Positions 42,360 through 51,838 of a stretch of 64,000 bases of DNA are shown in pieces. The notes under the pieces were generated by a model, which was not told where the DNA came from, did not search any database, and was given only the letters and a program-made list of their open reading frames with translations. The position numbers and the translations under genes are program-made. Each line of letters opens with the position of its first letter. Positions within the stretch are counted from its first letter, which is position 1. The DNA lies in assembly GCA_003343905.1 (NCBI GenBank), contig QAKI01000016.1, positions 48,144 through 112,143 on the forward strand, written 5' to 3'. Source of the stretch: Subdoligranulum variabile. Its GTDB lineage: Bacteria; Bacillota; Clostridia; Oscillospirales; Ruminococcaceae.

Positions 42360-43076
42360 ATGACGTGGGCAAGTTACGAATTTAAAACTGTTGTTCGGAA
42401 AAGGCTACTAAAGGAGTTTTCGTGGAAAGAAAAAGCCATTTTGACAGTTATTACTGTTCTGTGGCTTGTGTCTTGCCTTCTTTTCTTCTTTGTGCCCTAT
42501 TTTGGGGCTAAGGTGATTGCTTGTATTTGTGCGGCTTTGGGAATTTTTATCTTTATTTATATCTTGAAAACTTACAAAGCTGAACCGTATGACTATGTAA
42601 AAAGAATTCGCGGCGGCGTAAAGAATGTACAAAGCGACATGAGTGACCGAAATCTGCCGCTATCGTTGGTTGGGGATGACATAAAGGCAGACATCGAACA
42701 GGAGATGGAAAGAATCGAGACGATTAAGGCACATCGCTTCGATTTGTTTAGAAAATTTACGTATACATTAGTTGTTATTCCTGTGGCTTACCCACTTGCT
42801 CTTATGTGCCAGGCACTTTTCAACAACGTAGATTTATCGGTTTATACAAACATGAACGCTGCTGTTAGCTTAGTCACGCTGATTTTTGTATTTATGTCGT
42901 ATATTTGTATGTTCGCTTACTTACTTCACATATTTGTAGAGAAACTCATGGATTACATATATGAAGAAAAATATCTCCGGCTTTGTTTGGACGTATTTAA
43001 GGAGATAGAAATGAGCGAGAAAGCCCAGAGTGGTTACGGTGTAAACGGGATAGATTCGACAAATCATAATGAATGA
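42360..43076 (+). CDS. Hypothetical 4-TM membrane protein (AT-rich)
   Basis: AAGGAGG RBS; two hydrophobic helix pairs flanking a charged region; own -10 (TATAAT near 42263) and terminator. Confidence 0.7.
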   Translation: MTWASYEFKTVVRKRLLKEFSWKEKAILTVITVLWLVSCLLFFFVPYFGAKVIACICAALGIFIFIYILKTYKAEPYDYVKRIRGGVKNVQSDMSDRNLPLSLVGDDIKADIEQEMERIETIKAHRFDLFRKFTYTLVVIPVAYPLALMCQALFNNVDLSVYTNMNAAVSLVTLIFVFMSYICMFAYLLHIFVEKLMDYIYEEKYLRLCLDVFKEIEMSEKAQSGYGVNGIDSTNHNE

Positions 43077-43077
43077 T

Positions 43078-43121
43078 AAAGCCGCCGGGGGTTCCTTACA
43101 AAGAGCCCCCTGGCGGCTTTT
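43078..43121 (+). terminator. Intrinsic terminator
   Basis: aaagccgccgggg...ccctggcggctttt. Confidence 0.7.
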
Positions 43122-43154
43122 CTACTCATATTATAGTATTCAGGAGTGAATTGT

Positions 43155-43532
43155 ATGGAGTATACGCTCGACTATGCCGCCATCGGCAAGCGTGTCCGCA
43201 AGGTCAGAAAGGAGCGGCACCTGACGCAGACGGAACTTGGCGACTGCTGCGGTGTTACGAGTGCGCATATCTGCCATATCGAAGCAGCGCGGGGAAAAGT
43301 AAGTCTGCCCACACTGGTCGCGATTGCCAACGTGTTGCAGGTATCCTTGGATGAATTGTTGTGTGACAACCTTGTGACCAGTAAAAATGTTTACGAAGAT
43401 GCCTTGCGTGATCTTCTCTCACAGGCAACTGCAAAGCAGGCCAGGCTCATCGCAGAACTGGCGCGCGTCGTGCTCCATGACCGTTATGGCGCGGGCGGGG
43501 CCTTTCCCGGCAGTCTGAAAACGGACGGCTGA
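43155..43532 (+). CDS. XRE-family HTH transcriptional regulator
   Basis: IGKRVRKVR...LTQTELG...HIE.....SL.TL..IA..L.VSLD. Confidence 0.9.
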   Translation: MEYTLDYAAIGKRVRKVRKERHLTQTELGDCCGVTSAHICHIEAARGKVSLPTLVAIANVLQVSLDELLCDNLVTSKNVYEDALRDLLSQATAKQARLIAELARVVLHDRYGAGGAFPGSLKTDG

Positions 43533-43653
43533 CCCTGCCGCCATCAGCGCGCATCCACGCGAAAAAGGGCGGTTGACTTTTGCCCCCGAATGCCTTACAC
43601 TGAAAACAGCCTTGAAATTTGTGCATTGTATATAGAGAAAGGAGTCCTGCTTC

Positions 43654-44061
43654 GTGCATTCTGCCAAAGCCGCCGCCGTGCGGTTCGGGAAGTTTTCGCT
43701 TTCGTCGCTGTCCTCCAGCGTGGTGGACCTGGCAGCCTTCGCCCTGCTGTGCGAAGCACTGCGCCCCGCCATGCCGGAAGCCGTGGCTATTATCGCCGCC
43801 ACCATCGCGGCGCGGGTCCTTTCTTCGCTGTGCAATTATCTGATCAACTATTTCCTTGTGTTCCACAGCCACACCGCCCACGGGCGTTCCGCCAGCCTGT
43901 ACACCGTCATCACGGTGATCAAAACGCTGGCCAGCGCGCTGCTGGTGGCGGCCCTGGCCGGGCTGCTGCCCGCCGCCGTGCCGGAACTTGCCATCAAGAT
44001 CCCGGTGGACGTGGCGCTGTTCTTCGTCAACTATCTGGTGCAGAAAGCCATCGTCTATTGA
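43654..44061 (+). CDS. GtrA-family membrane protein
   Basis: KFSLSSLSS..VD, ARVLSSLCNY.IN...VF, NYLVQK; AAGGAG RBS with GTG start. Confidence 0.8.
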   Translation: MHSAKAAAVRFGKFSLSSLSSSVVDLAAFALLCEALRPAMPEAVAIIAATIAARVLSSLCNYLINYFLVFHSHTAHGRSASLYTVITVIKTLASALLVAALAGLLPAAVPELAIKIPVDVALFFVNYLVQKAIVY

Positions 44062-44134
44062 TCCTTCGCCCACAAATAACAGGCGCCCCCGTGCCGCGGC
44101 ACGGGGGCGCTTTCTGTTTTGCGGTATTCCGCCG

Positions 44135-44896
44135 TCAGGCGATGTCCGCCGCGGCCACCGGGCCGGACTCCACCACCATGCCTTGCAGTTCCTCATAGCT
44201 GTCATAGCCGTCCATCGGCACCAGCGTTATATCATACCAGGCAATAGGGAAGCCGTTGTCCTCCATGACCTGTTTGACGGTGCGCTGCACTTCTGCGAGG
44301 TCCTCCTCATCGGGCGCGCCGTTCCACAACACCTGCACGCACAGGCGGCTGGGCACCTTTTGCAGGATGGCCGGGTCGAAAGCGGCGTCCCGCGCAAAGA
44401 CCCCGGCATATTCCCCGGTATAGGGCAGCCGCCCGCCATCGGCGCTCGGTTCCCAGGCAAGGTCCAGTTCCACCCTGCGTTTTTCCGCGCCATAGACGGC
44501 GGCCAGTTCGAGTTCAGGCGCCTGCTTTGCCAGCGCGACAGCGGCCTGTTCGGCGGCTTCCTCCCCCATGCGGTAACAGGTATTCCAGCCGTTTTCCACC
44601 AATTCTTCCGCCCGGTCGCTCACGAACAGCCAGAACCGGGTACTGACCGTAAAATGGGTGTCGCGGCTTTCCATCGACTGCACATCCACCTGATAGATAA
44701 AAGAGCCCCCGCCGCTGCTTCGCTCCACATAAAACGTCTGCCCGGGGTACAGGTTCTCCGCCCGGCGGACGGCCTGCCATTCGGCCCAAGCCCGGCTGAT
44801 GGGGTCGCCCGTAAAGGCATCCACAAAGAGCAGCAGCGCCAGAACGATCAGGATGCCCGCCGCACCGGCCAGACGGCGTTTGGTTTTAGTCTTCAT
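44135..44896 (-). CDS. Membrane-anchored hypothetical protein (YfjL-like N-terminus) in the ECF operon
   Basis: TM helix followed by 'AFTGDP.S', 'S.DTHF'; overlaps the anti-sigma gene. Confidence 0.65.
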   Translation of the reverse strand: MKTKTKRRLAGAAGILIVLALLLFVDAFTGDPISRAWAEWQAVRRAENLYPGQTFYVERSSGGGSFIYQVDVQSMESRDTHFTVSTRFWLFVSDRAEELVENGWNTCYRMGEEAAEQAAVALAKQAPELELAAVYGAEKRRVELDLAWEPSADGGRLPYTGEYAGVFARDAAFDPAILQKVPSRLCVQVLWNGAPDEEDLAEVQRTVKQVMEDNGFPIAWYDITLVPMDGYDSYEELQGMVVESGPVAAADIA

Positions 44897-45455
44897 CGTT
44901 TTTCCCTCCAAAAGCGTATTTGAGCAGGGCGGCGGCCAGCACCCCCAGCAGGCAGAGTGCCGCCATGATCACCGCGCCGGGCAGCAGACGTATCATTTCC
45001 GGCAGCGAACCGTAAGGCGTACCCACCAGCACGAAAATGAGCCAAAGCGCCGCGGCCAGCGGCGGCACCGCCAGCCAAAGCCGCCCGCCGAACCAGCGTA
45101 CCACCCCGCCCACCAGCGGGAAGATCATCACAAAAAGCGCGCCGCCCGCAATGTGGCTGCGGGTAAACGCCAGCCCCAGCAGCAGGCCCATGACGGCAAA
45201 CACCAGCAGCCAGGCGTCCATGCGTGCCCGCAGCCGCCGCACGATCTTCTCATCGTCGGGCAGCGGGGCCGGGGGCTGCCCGGCTTCGGGCCAGAGGGCG
45301 CGGCAGGCAGGGCAGCAGGCCAGATGGGCGCGGACGGCGGCTTCGCTCTCCGAGCTGGCAACGCCATCCTGCACCAGCGGCAGCAGGTCGCGGCAAATCG
45401 CGCAGGGCAGCGGGGCCGGGGCCTTTCCCTGCCCCGTTTTTTGCAGTTCAGACAT
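44886..45455 (-). CDS. zf-HC2 anti-sigma factor with TM helices
   Basis: C..CRDLLPL..DG..S.ES...V..HL..CPAC. Confidence 0.88.
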   Translation of the reverse strand: MSELQKTGQGKAPAPLPCAICRDLLPLVQDGVASSESEAAVRAHLACCPACRALWPEAGQPPAPLPDDEKIVRRLRARMDAWLLVFAVMGLLLGLAFTRSHIAGGALFVMIFPLVGGVVRWFGGRLWLAVPPLAAALWLIFVLVGTPYGSLPEMIRLLPGAVIMAALCLLGVLAAALLKYAFGGKNDED

Positions 45456-45458
45456 GAT

Positions 45459-45962
45459 TCAATATCCCTCCTTTTGCAGGGTAGTTTTCAAGGCGGTCCG
45501 GGCGCGATGTTCGATGACCCGCGCGGAATTTTCGGTGATGGAAAGCCGGGCGGCGATCTCGGCGTAAGAGTAGCCCGCGGCCCGCAGCCGCACCACCTGC
45601 CCCACCCGCGGTTCCATCCCGTCCAATAGTTGTTCCACCCGCTGCAGGGCGCGGCGGGCGTCGGCGGTGTCGGTCAGGGTGTCCTGCCCCAAACATCGTT
45701 CCAGCGTAGCTTCGGGATCGTCCAGGCTCACAGCATCCCGCCGTTTGCGCAGACTTTCCCGCCAGATGTTGCGGGCTATGCCGAACAGCCATGTCCTGAC
45801 CTCGCAGTCCCCCCGGAAGGACGGCAGCCGCCGCAGCACCCGCAGGAACGTTTCGCTGAGAAGGTCTTCAGCCTGAGCAGGGTCCCGCGTCAGGTGGCAC
45901 AGGTAGCGGTACAGGTCGGCGCGGTACATCGTGTACAGCGTTTCCAATTCCGGCAGCTTCAC
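45459..45962 (-). CDS. ECF RNA polymerase sigma factor
   Basis: AEDLLSETF, TWLFGIARN, GYSYAEIA..L.I.ENSARV; GTG start after GGAGGG. Confidence 0.93.
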   Translation of the reverse strand: MKLPELETLYTMYRADLYRYLCHLTRDPAQAEDLLSETFLRVLRRLPSFRGDCEVRTWLFGIARNIWRESLRKRRDAVSLDDPEATLERCLGQDTLTDTADARRALQRVEQLLDGMEPRVGQVVRLRAAGYSYAEIAARLSITENSARVIEHRARTALKTTLQKEGY

Positions 45963-46011
45963 GGGCGGCTCCCTCCTTTCCGTCGCGGTCTTGACGTCTT
46001 ACATCCTATTG

Positions 46012-46038
46012 GTGACAAAAAGCGCCCCGCTCGTTACA
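46012..46038 (-). promoter_or_regulatory. Candidate ECF autoregulatory promoter
   Basis: TGTAAC-N16-GTCA upstream of the ECF gene, matching the AAC/GTC pattern typical of ECF promoters. Confidence 0.45.
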
Positions 46039-46081
46039 GCGTCGGCAAAAAAATTTCCCCGGTGGAGTCCGGGGAAAATTT

Positions 46082-47206
46082 TTACAGATGAAGCAGCCAG
46101 TAGAGCGCCAGCAGGACGGCCAGCAGGCCCACATTGCAGGCCGTGAAGCCCAGCAGGTAGCCGCGGCGGCGTTCCGCGCCAGACTGGGCCACGAATTTGT
46201 AAGAGATCAGGCTCGCCATCGAGGCGATCAGCGTGCCCAGGCCGCCCAGATTGCAGCCCACGATCAGGTCGGCCCATTCGCCGGTAAAGCCCGAAAGCAG
46301 CAGCGCCGCGGGCACGTTGCTGAGGACCTGGCTGGCCAGCACGGCCACCGGCACCACATGGCCCTCCAGCACGGCGGCCAGCCAGTCCCGGAAGGCCGGC
46401 ACGGCCCCCAGGTTGCCGATAAAAATAAAAAACGCCACAAAGGTGCCCAGCAGCGCGTAATCCACCCGCGCCAGCACCTGCCGGTCATAGAACAGCAGGA
46501 ACACCGCCGCCACCGCCATGACCGCCAGCGGCGGCAGCACGCCGAACAGCGCCAGCAGGCACAGGCCGAACCCGGCGGCGTAGACCGCCAGCGTGCGGGG
46601 CGGGGCCAGTGTGCTTTGGACCGGCGCGGCGCGCACGGGCAGCGCGTCGCACCGCAGCACCAGCGCCGCCAGGCAGACCGCCGACACCGCCGCGTAGGGC
46701 AGCATAAGCCCCACGAACTGCCCAAAGCTCATCCCCGACCGGCCGTAGAGATACAAATTCTGCGGGTTGCCCATGGGCGTGAGCATACTGCCCAGGTTGG
46801 CCGCCGCCGTTTGCAGAATGACCAGCGGCACGACAAGGGCGTCCTGCCCGGCCATGTGCAGCACCACCAGCGCGAACGGCACGAAGGTGAGCAGCGCCAC
46901 GTCGTTGGTGATGACCATGCTGCACACAAACGGCAAAAACACCAGCGCCAGCAGCATGGTGCGGGTGGTGTGGGTGCGGCGCAGCAGCCGGTTGCCCAGC
47001 CAGACGAACAGCCCCGCTTTCTGGAAGCCCTGCATGACGGCCATCAGGCTGAACAGCATGGCCAGCGTGTCCCAATCGACGGCTTCCCAATACGCCGGGC
47101 CGGGCGGGCGCAGAAACACCGACGCTGCCGCCAGCGCCGCGGCGATACAGAGCACCGCTTCTTTGCGGGCAAAGGCGGCGCAGCGCCGCCCCCATCGTTT
47201 CAACAT
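46082..47206 (-). CDS. Ion-transporter superfamily permease (ArsB/NhaD/citrate-transporter-like)
   Basis: ITNDVALLTFVP, AANLGSMLTPMGNPQN, SNVPAA, GGLGTLIASMAS. Confidence 0.88.
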   Translation of the reverse strand: MLKRWGRRCAAFARKEAVLCIAAALAAASVFLRPPGPAYWEAVDWDTLAMLFSLMAVMQGFQKAGLFVWLGNRLLRRTHTTRTMLLALVFLPFVCSMVITNDVALLTFVPFALVVLHMAGQDALVVPLVILQTAAANLGSMLTPMGNPQNLYLYGRSGMSFGQFVGLMLPYAAVSAVCLAALVLRCDALPVRAAPVQSTLAPPRTLAVYAAGFGLCLLALFGVLPPLAVMAVAAVFLLFYDRQVLARVDYALLGTFVAFFIFIGNLGAVPAFRDWLAAVLEGHVVPVAVLASQVLSNVPAALLLSGFTGEWADLIVGCNLGGLGTLIASMASLISYKFVAQSGAERRRGYLLGFTACNVGLLAVLLALYWLLHL

Positions 47207-47243
47207 GGTTCCTCGTTTCCTTCGTATCGTTTTTTCAGCAGGG

Positions 47244-48056
47244 TCACAGGGCCAGTTCCTCGCCGCTGTGCAGCGCGCGAAGCTGGTCCCCCATGATCTG
47301 CTGCAGCCGTTCCTGGGCCGGGCGGCCCGTGCAGTGGCCGGTGTAGAACTGCGTGTGCCGGTACGCCTGCAGGGCGCGGCCGGTCTGTTCGATGGTCTGC
47401 CACTCGGCGTCGGTGTAGGGGTCGGCCTGCTTCATGTGGAAGCCGCTGATGACCACATCGGGGTCCGCGCCGAACAGGGCATGGTAACGGTCCAGAATGT
47501 TGAGGATGCCGTTATGGGCACAGCCCGACAGCAGGAAATGCCGCCCGCCCTGGGTCACGACCAGGCATTGCTCATGGGCGAAATCGTCCTGCACCCGGCC
47601 GCCGGGGCCTTCCACCGAAAGTTCCCGGTTGCTCCGGGGCCAGAACCGCCGCCCGGTGACCCCGGCGAACAGAAACAGTTCTTCATCCAGGCGGCGGTCG
47701 CCGTCCAGCAGGCAAAGCCCCGGCAGGCGCAGCACCGCCTTATCCAGCCCGATGTAGCGCGCGCCGTGGTAAAAATCCCGCCCGGCGCCGCGCTGCATAT
47801 AGATCCGCGCCGCGGGGGCCAGCGCGGCCGCCCGCAGCAGCCCGCCGCCGTGGTCATAGTGGCCGTGGCTGAGCACGATGGTATCCACCCGGCCCAGGTC
47901 CAGCCCCAGCGCGGCGGCGTTGGCCGCAAACGCATCGGTGGCGCCGGTGTCCAGCAGCAGGGTGTGGCGCGCGGTCTGCACATACAGGCTCAGGCCGTGT
48001 TCGTGGGCGCAGCCCGGCGCGCCGGGGGTGTTTTCGATCAAGGTGATGATGCGCAT
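47244..48056 (-). CDS. MBL-fold metallo-hydrolase
   Basis: EHGLS, LDTG, SHGHYDHGGG, GCAH.G, GFH, GHCTG. Confidence 0.92.
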   Translation of the reverse strand: MRIITLIENTPGAPGCAHEHGLSLYVQTARHTLLLDTGATDAFAANAAALGLDLGRVDTIVLSHGHYDHGGGLLRAAALAPAARIYMQRGAGRDFYHGARYIGLDKAVLRLPGLCLLDGDRRLDEELFLFAGVTGRRFWPRSNRELSVEGPGGRVQDDFAHEQCLVVTQGGRHFLLSGCAHNGILNILDRYHALFGADPDVVISGFHMKQADPYTDAEWQTIEQTGRALQAYRHTQFYTGHCTGRPAQERLQQIMGDQLRALHSGEELAL

Positions 48057-48114
48057 GGCGGTCCCTCCCGTTCCCGTTTGGCCCCAGTATAGCACAAACA
48101 CCGGCAAAGAGAAA

Positions 48115-48146
48115 GGGCGGCGCAGCCTGTGCTGCGCCGCCCCTAC
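48115..48146 (-). terminator. GC hairpin terminator with a REP-like GTAG foot
   Basis: Minus strand reads GTAG-GGGCGGCGCAGC-acag-GCTGCGCCGCCC-tttctcttt. Confidence 0.6.
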
Positions 48147-48165
48147 CGGCTCAAATTCTAATAAC

Positions 48166-48419
48166 ACCGTCGCCGACGGCGGACATGTGCCGACGGCGGC
48201 GACACAACCAGGGAAATTTCACCCAAAATTGTGTGCGAGGCCCTACGGGCCGAGTGCGCGGTTTTGGGTGAAATTTTGTTGAAAGGGAATCCAAAGGGGG
48301 AAACAGGCGCGTTAGGCGTCAGCCGGTCTCCGGCCTAAGAGCCGCCGCTTACGCGGCGGTTGGCCTCCGACACGCCACTGCGGTGTCAGTGCGTGACTGT
48401 TGCCCTCTTTGAGCGCCGC
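48166..48419 (+). repeat. Dispersed structured non-coding element, copy B
   Basis: Homologous to the reverse complement of 33603..33793, with a longer insert in the last stem. Confidence 0.8.
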
Positions 48420-49244
48420 TTAGCCGTTGACCGTCACAGAAGTGATGTGGGGGTTGATGCCCTCGTACCAGTAGAGGAAGCCCTCGCAGTCGATGGTCTG
48501 GCCCACTTCCAGGGCTTCCACGGCCTTATAGACTTCGCTCTCGCTGTCGCAGAGGTAGCTTTCCACCACGAAGGTGTAGGTAGCGCCGTTGTACTCCACA
48601 TTGAAGTACAGGTCATCGCCCTGGGCGCCGGAACCGTCGTAGTTGTACAGGAAGGCGTACTCGGTGTCATCGCCCTCGATGGTGCTGGGGGCCACGGTCA
48701 GGCCGGTGAAGCTGACCTTCTGGTTCTGGTGGCTTTCCAGCTCGTCGGTGCCCAGCAGTTCGGTCACGTCCAGCGGCTCGGCCACATAGGTGTCGCCGTC
48801 CAGGATCTCGTCCAGCTTGCCGTCCATGATCTCGACCTCGCCGGACCACTCGGCCTTGTAGCCGCTGACGCGGATGCGGGTGCCCTCGGTCATCTGGTCG
48901 TACTCGTCCTGGGTGCAGGCCATGTCATAGGCAAAGTACGCACCGTTCTCGTCCTGCAGGTAGACGGTCGCGGTGCCCTGCTCGGCATAGTAGCTCTGCT
49001 TGGCCTGGACGCAGGACTCGATGGTAACGGCGTCGTCCACAGCGGCGGCCATATACTCGTCATAGCTCATGACCTCGCCGGAGGGGGCGGCTTCTTCGGA
49101 CGTGGCGGGTTCCGACTCTACCGCCGGGGTGGCTTCGGGTTCGCTGCTGGAAGCGGCTTCGCTGGAAGACGAAGCACCGCCCGCGCAGGCCGTGGCGGAC
49201 ACCGCCAGGCCCAGGGCCAGAAGCACAGACAAAAACTTCTTCAT
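48420..49244 (-). CDS. Acidic lipoprotein, possibly OB-fold
   Basis: Signal peptide ending ATAC, Ser/Ala/Glu linker, 'G..IRVSG...EWSGEVEI', 'GQTID.EGFLYWY'. Confidence 0.75.
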   Translation of the reverse strand: MKKFLSVLLALGLAVSATACAGGASSSSEAASSSEPEATPAVESEPATSEEAAPSGEVMSYDEYMAAAVDDAVTIESCVQAKQSYYAEQGTATVYLQDENGAYFAYDMACTQDEYDQMTEGTRIRVSGYKAEWSGEVEIMDGKLDEILDGDTYVAEPLDVTELLGTDELESHQNQKVSFTGLTVAPSTIEGDDTEYAFLYNYDGSGAQGDDLYFNVEYNGATYTFVVESYLCDSESEVYKAVEALEVGQTIDCEGFLYWYEGINPHITSVTVNG

Positions 49245-49346
49245 CGTTTCTTTTCCTCCTTGTATTGGGGGTGCGGCGCAGGGTGCGCAGCAGACAGTCT
49301 TATTATACCGCAAACCGCACAAAATGCAACCGCTGCGCGGGTTTTC

Positions 49347-50957
49347 TTACCCTTTTTTAACCTTTTTGCGCCGCCGGACCGCCTGCCAGGCCACATAGCC
49401 CAGGATGCCCGCCCAGGCCGCCGCCAGCGCCCCCAGCAGGGCCACGGCGGTGCCGGGCAGCGGGCCCAGGTCGGCCTTGGCGGCCCCGCCCGCCGCCACC
49501 GAATCCAGGTGGTAGAGGGCGGCGGTATCGGCATAGAGCTGGTCGATGAAGGCATTGTCCACCGTCTGGCTGCGGCGCACGCCCTTGGTCACGTCCTCGA
49601 TCAGTTGCCCCGCCGCGTTGCGCAGGCTGGCCGAACCGTTGAACACCGCCGTGGTGAAGGTATCGTCGGGGTGGTCCAGCAAAAGCTGCGCGGCCTGGAT
49701 CTTCACATCGTAGTGGGTGTCGTTGTCCTCCCCCGCGCAGGCCAGGTAGTCCTGGTATTCCGGCGTGCTGCGGGCCTTTTCGGTCACGGGGACGTAGCCC
49801 TCGGTCTGGGAATAGGCGATTTGCACAGAATCCGTCAGCAGATATTGGGCAAACAGCCAGGAAGCCAGCACCTCCTGGGGATCGTCCTTATTGAAGATGC
49901 AGACCGACGGCCCCTGGCTGATCATCTGGGGGTGGTCGGGGTCGAACTGGGGCACCGGGTAGACGGCGGTTTCAAAGTCCACGATCTCGTCGGGGTCGAT
50001 GTCCACCAGCGGCGCGTCGCAGCCCATCCAGGTGGCCCCGGCGGTGGAGTCCACCGCGAAAATGCACTGCCCGGCGTTCAGGAAGTTGGCCGGGTAGCCG
50101 GAAATTTTGAAGGTCGAGAACGCCCCCGTGGCCGTATGATCCGCGATGTCCAGCAGCAGTTCGCGCGTGGTGTCGTTGAAAAGCTGGATCTCGCCCGAAG
50201 GGGTGGAGTAGCCCGCGTTCAACTGGCGCAGCATCTGGATCATCATGTTGTCGGTGGATTTGTACAGGAAGGGGATCAGCACCTCCTGCCCGTTGATGCC
50301 GTAGATGCCGTCGGCGCCCTTGGTGGCGGCCGCCGCCTCGGACACTTCCCAGACAAAGTCCCAGGTCAGGGTGTCCTCCGGCAGGGTGAAGCCCAGGGCT
50401 TCGACCATATCCTTATTCACATAGCACGCCTCGGTGGAGCGCATATAGGGCAGGGCGTAATAGTGGCCGTTCAGGCGGCATTCTTCCAGGAACTGGGGCA
50501 TGATCTCGGCCTGTGCGGGGCCGTCGAAGGCCAGTTCGCTGCCGCCCAGGCCGTATTCCGCATCGGTGAACAGATCGTCCAGCGGCACGACCACATTGTC
50601 GCCGGTCAGGTAGGTGGCGATGTGATCGGGGTAGGTGATGCAGACGTTGGGGGTGGTGCCGGTGGAGATGTTGGTGATGACATCGTTGTAAATATCGCCG
50701 TAGTCGGTATAGAGCCGCAGCGTGACCGTGATATTGGGGTACAGGGCCTGAAAATCCTCGATGGCCTGTTTATAAATATCGGTCTGGGTCTTGTTGGTGT
50801 CGCTCTTGGCCCAGAAGGTGACCTCATAGTTCCGGCTGGTGTCGAAGCTGTCCGGCACGGTGAAAGCGGCCTGTTCCCGGCTGCCGTGGCAGCCCGTCAG
50901 CAGCAGGCTGCCCGCAAGGGCGGCGGCCGGCAGCAGCGCGGCATAGCGGTGTTTCAT
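49347..50957 (-). CDS. ABC extracellular solute-binding lipoprotein with C-terminal membrane anchor
   Basis: Lipobox LTGC, 'YPNITV', 'YALPYMRSTE..YVNKD', 'QGPS', 'EGYVPV'; C-terminal hydrophobic helix and basic tail. Confidence 0.88.
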   Translation of the reverse strand: MKHRYAALLPAAALAGSLLLTGCHGSREQAAFTVPDSFDTSRNYEVTFWAKSDTNKTQTDIYKQAIEDFQALYPNITVTLRLYTDYGDIYNDVITNISTGTTPNVCITYPDHIATYLTGDNVVVPLDDLFTDAEYGLGGSELAFDGPAQAEIMPQFLEECRLNGHYYALPYMRSTEACYVNKDMVEALGFTLPEDTLTWDFVWEVSEAAAATKGADGIYGINGQEVLIPFLYKSTDNMMIQMLRQLNAGYSTPSGEIQLFNDTTRELLLDIADHTATGAFSTFKISGYPANFLNAGQCIFAVDSTAGATWMGCDAPLVDIDPDEIVDFETAVYPVPQFDPDHPQMISQGPSVCIFNKDDPQEVLASWLFAQYLLTDSVQIAYSQTEGYVPVTEKARSTPEYQDYLACAGEDNDTHYDVKIQAAQLLLDHPDDTFTTAVFNGSASLRNAAGQLIEDVTKGVRRSQTVDNAFIDQLYADTAALYHLDSVAAGGAAKADLGPLPGTAVALLGALAAAWAGILGYVAWQAVRRRKKVKKG

Positions 50958-51826
50958 CCCTTGGTGCCTCCTCTCGAAACGCCCTCCATGATCTTGTTGC
51001 GGAAGGCCAGGAACAGCAGGATCAGCGGCACCGAGATCACGACCACGGCCGCCATCATGGCGGGGACGTTCTCGCGCCCGAAGCCGTTTTCGCGGATCTC
51101 CTGGATGCCGTTGGACACCAGATAGTAGGCCGGGTCGTCGGTGATGAGCCGCGGCCAGACGTAGGAGTTCCAGCATTCGATCAGTTTGAGGATGGTGATG
51201 GTGACGATGGTGGGGCGGCAGATGGGGATCATGACCTTCCACAGATATTTGAGGTCCGAGGTGCCGTCCACCTTGGCGGCACGGTAGAGTTCATCGGGCA
51301 CCTGTTCAAAGTTTTCCTTGAGCAGATAGATATAGAACACCGAGGTGATGGACGGCAGGATCAGCCCCGCAAAGCTGTTGCGCAGATCCCAGTTGGTGAT
51401 GGTGACAAAGTTGGTGATGACGACCAGTTCGGTGGGGATCATCATCATGGACAAAAACAGCCCGAACAGCAGGTTTTTGCCCCGGAAGCGCAGCCGGGCG
51501 AAGCCGTAGGCCGCCAGCGTGCTGACCACCACCATAACGGCGGTGGTGATGACCGCAAAGATCAGCGTGTTCAGCAGGTAGCCGCCCAGCGGCACAGCGG
51601 TGAAGGCGTTCCGGTAATTTTCCAGCGTGGGTTCAGTGGTAAAAAACACCGGCACGTGTTCCGAGTTGTAGGCGCCGTAGCTTTTGAGCGAGGTGAGCAC
51701 CATCCAGTAGAACGGGAACAGCACCACCACGGCCCAGAAGCTCAAAAACAGGTAGGTCAGGGCTTTGCGCAGGTTGTCCCGGCGGCGCATGGCCTGCTGT
51801 TTCTTTTCATATTCTTCGTGATTCAC
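50954..51826 (-). CDS. CUT1-type ABC permease (MalG/UgpE-like)
   Basis: FPFYWM, AAYGFARL.F.GK, 'ELYRAAKVDG', WNSY.WP. Confidence 0.93.
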   Translation of the reverse strand: MNHEEYEKKQQAMRRRDNLRKALTYLFLSFWAVVVLFPFYWMVLTSLKSYGAYNSEHVPVFFTTEPTLENYRNAFTAVPLGGYLLNTLIFAVITTAVMVVVSTLAAYGFARLRFRGKNLLFGLFLSMMMIPTELVVITNFVTITNWDLRNSFAGLILPSITSVFYIYLLKENFEQVPDELYRAAKVDGTSDLKYLWKVMIPICRPTIVTITILKLIECWNSYVWPRLITDDPAYYLVSNGIQEIRENGFGRENVPAMMAAVVVISVPLILLFLAFRNKIMEGVSRGGTKG

Positions 51827-51838
51827 GGTCCCGCCCCC

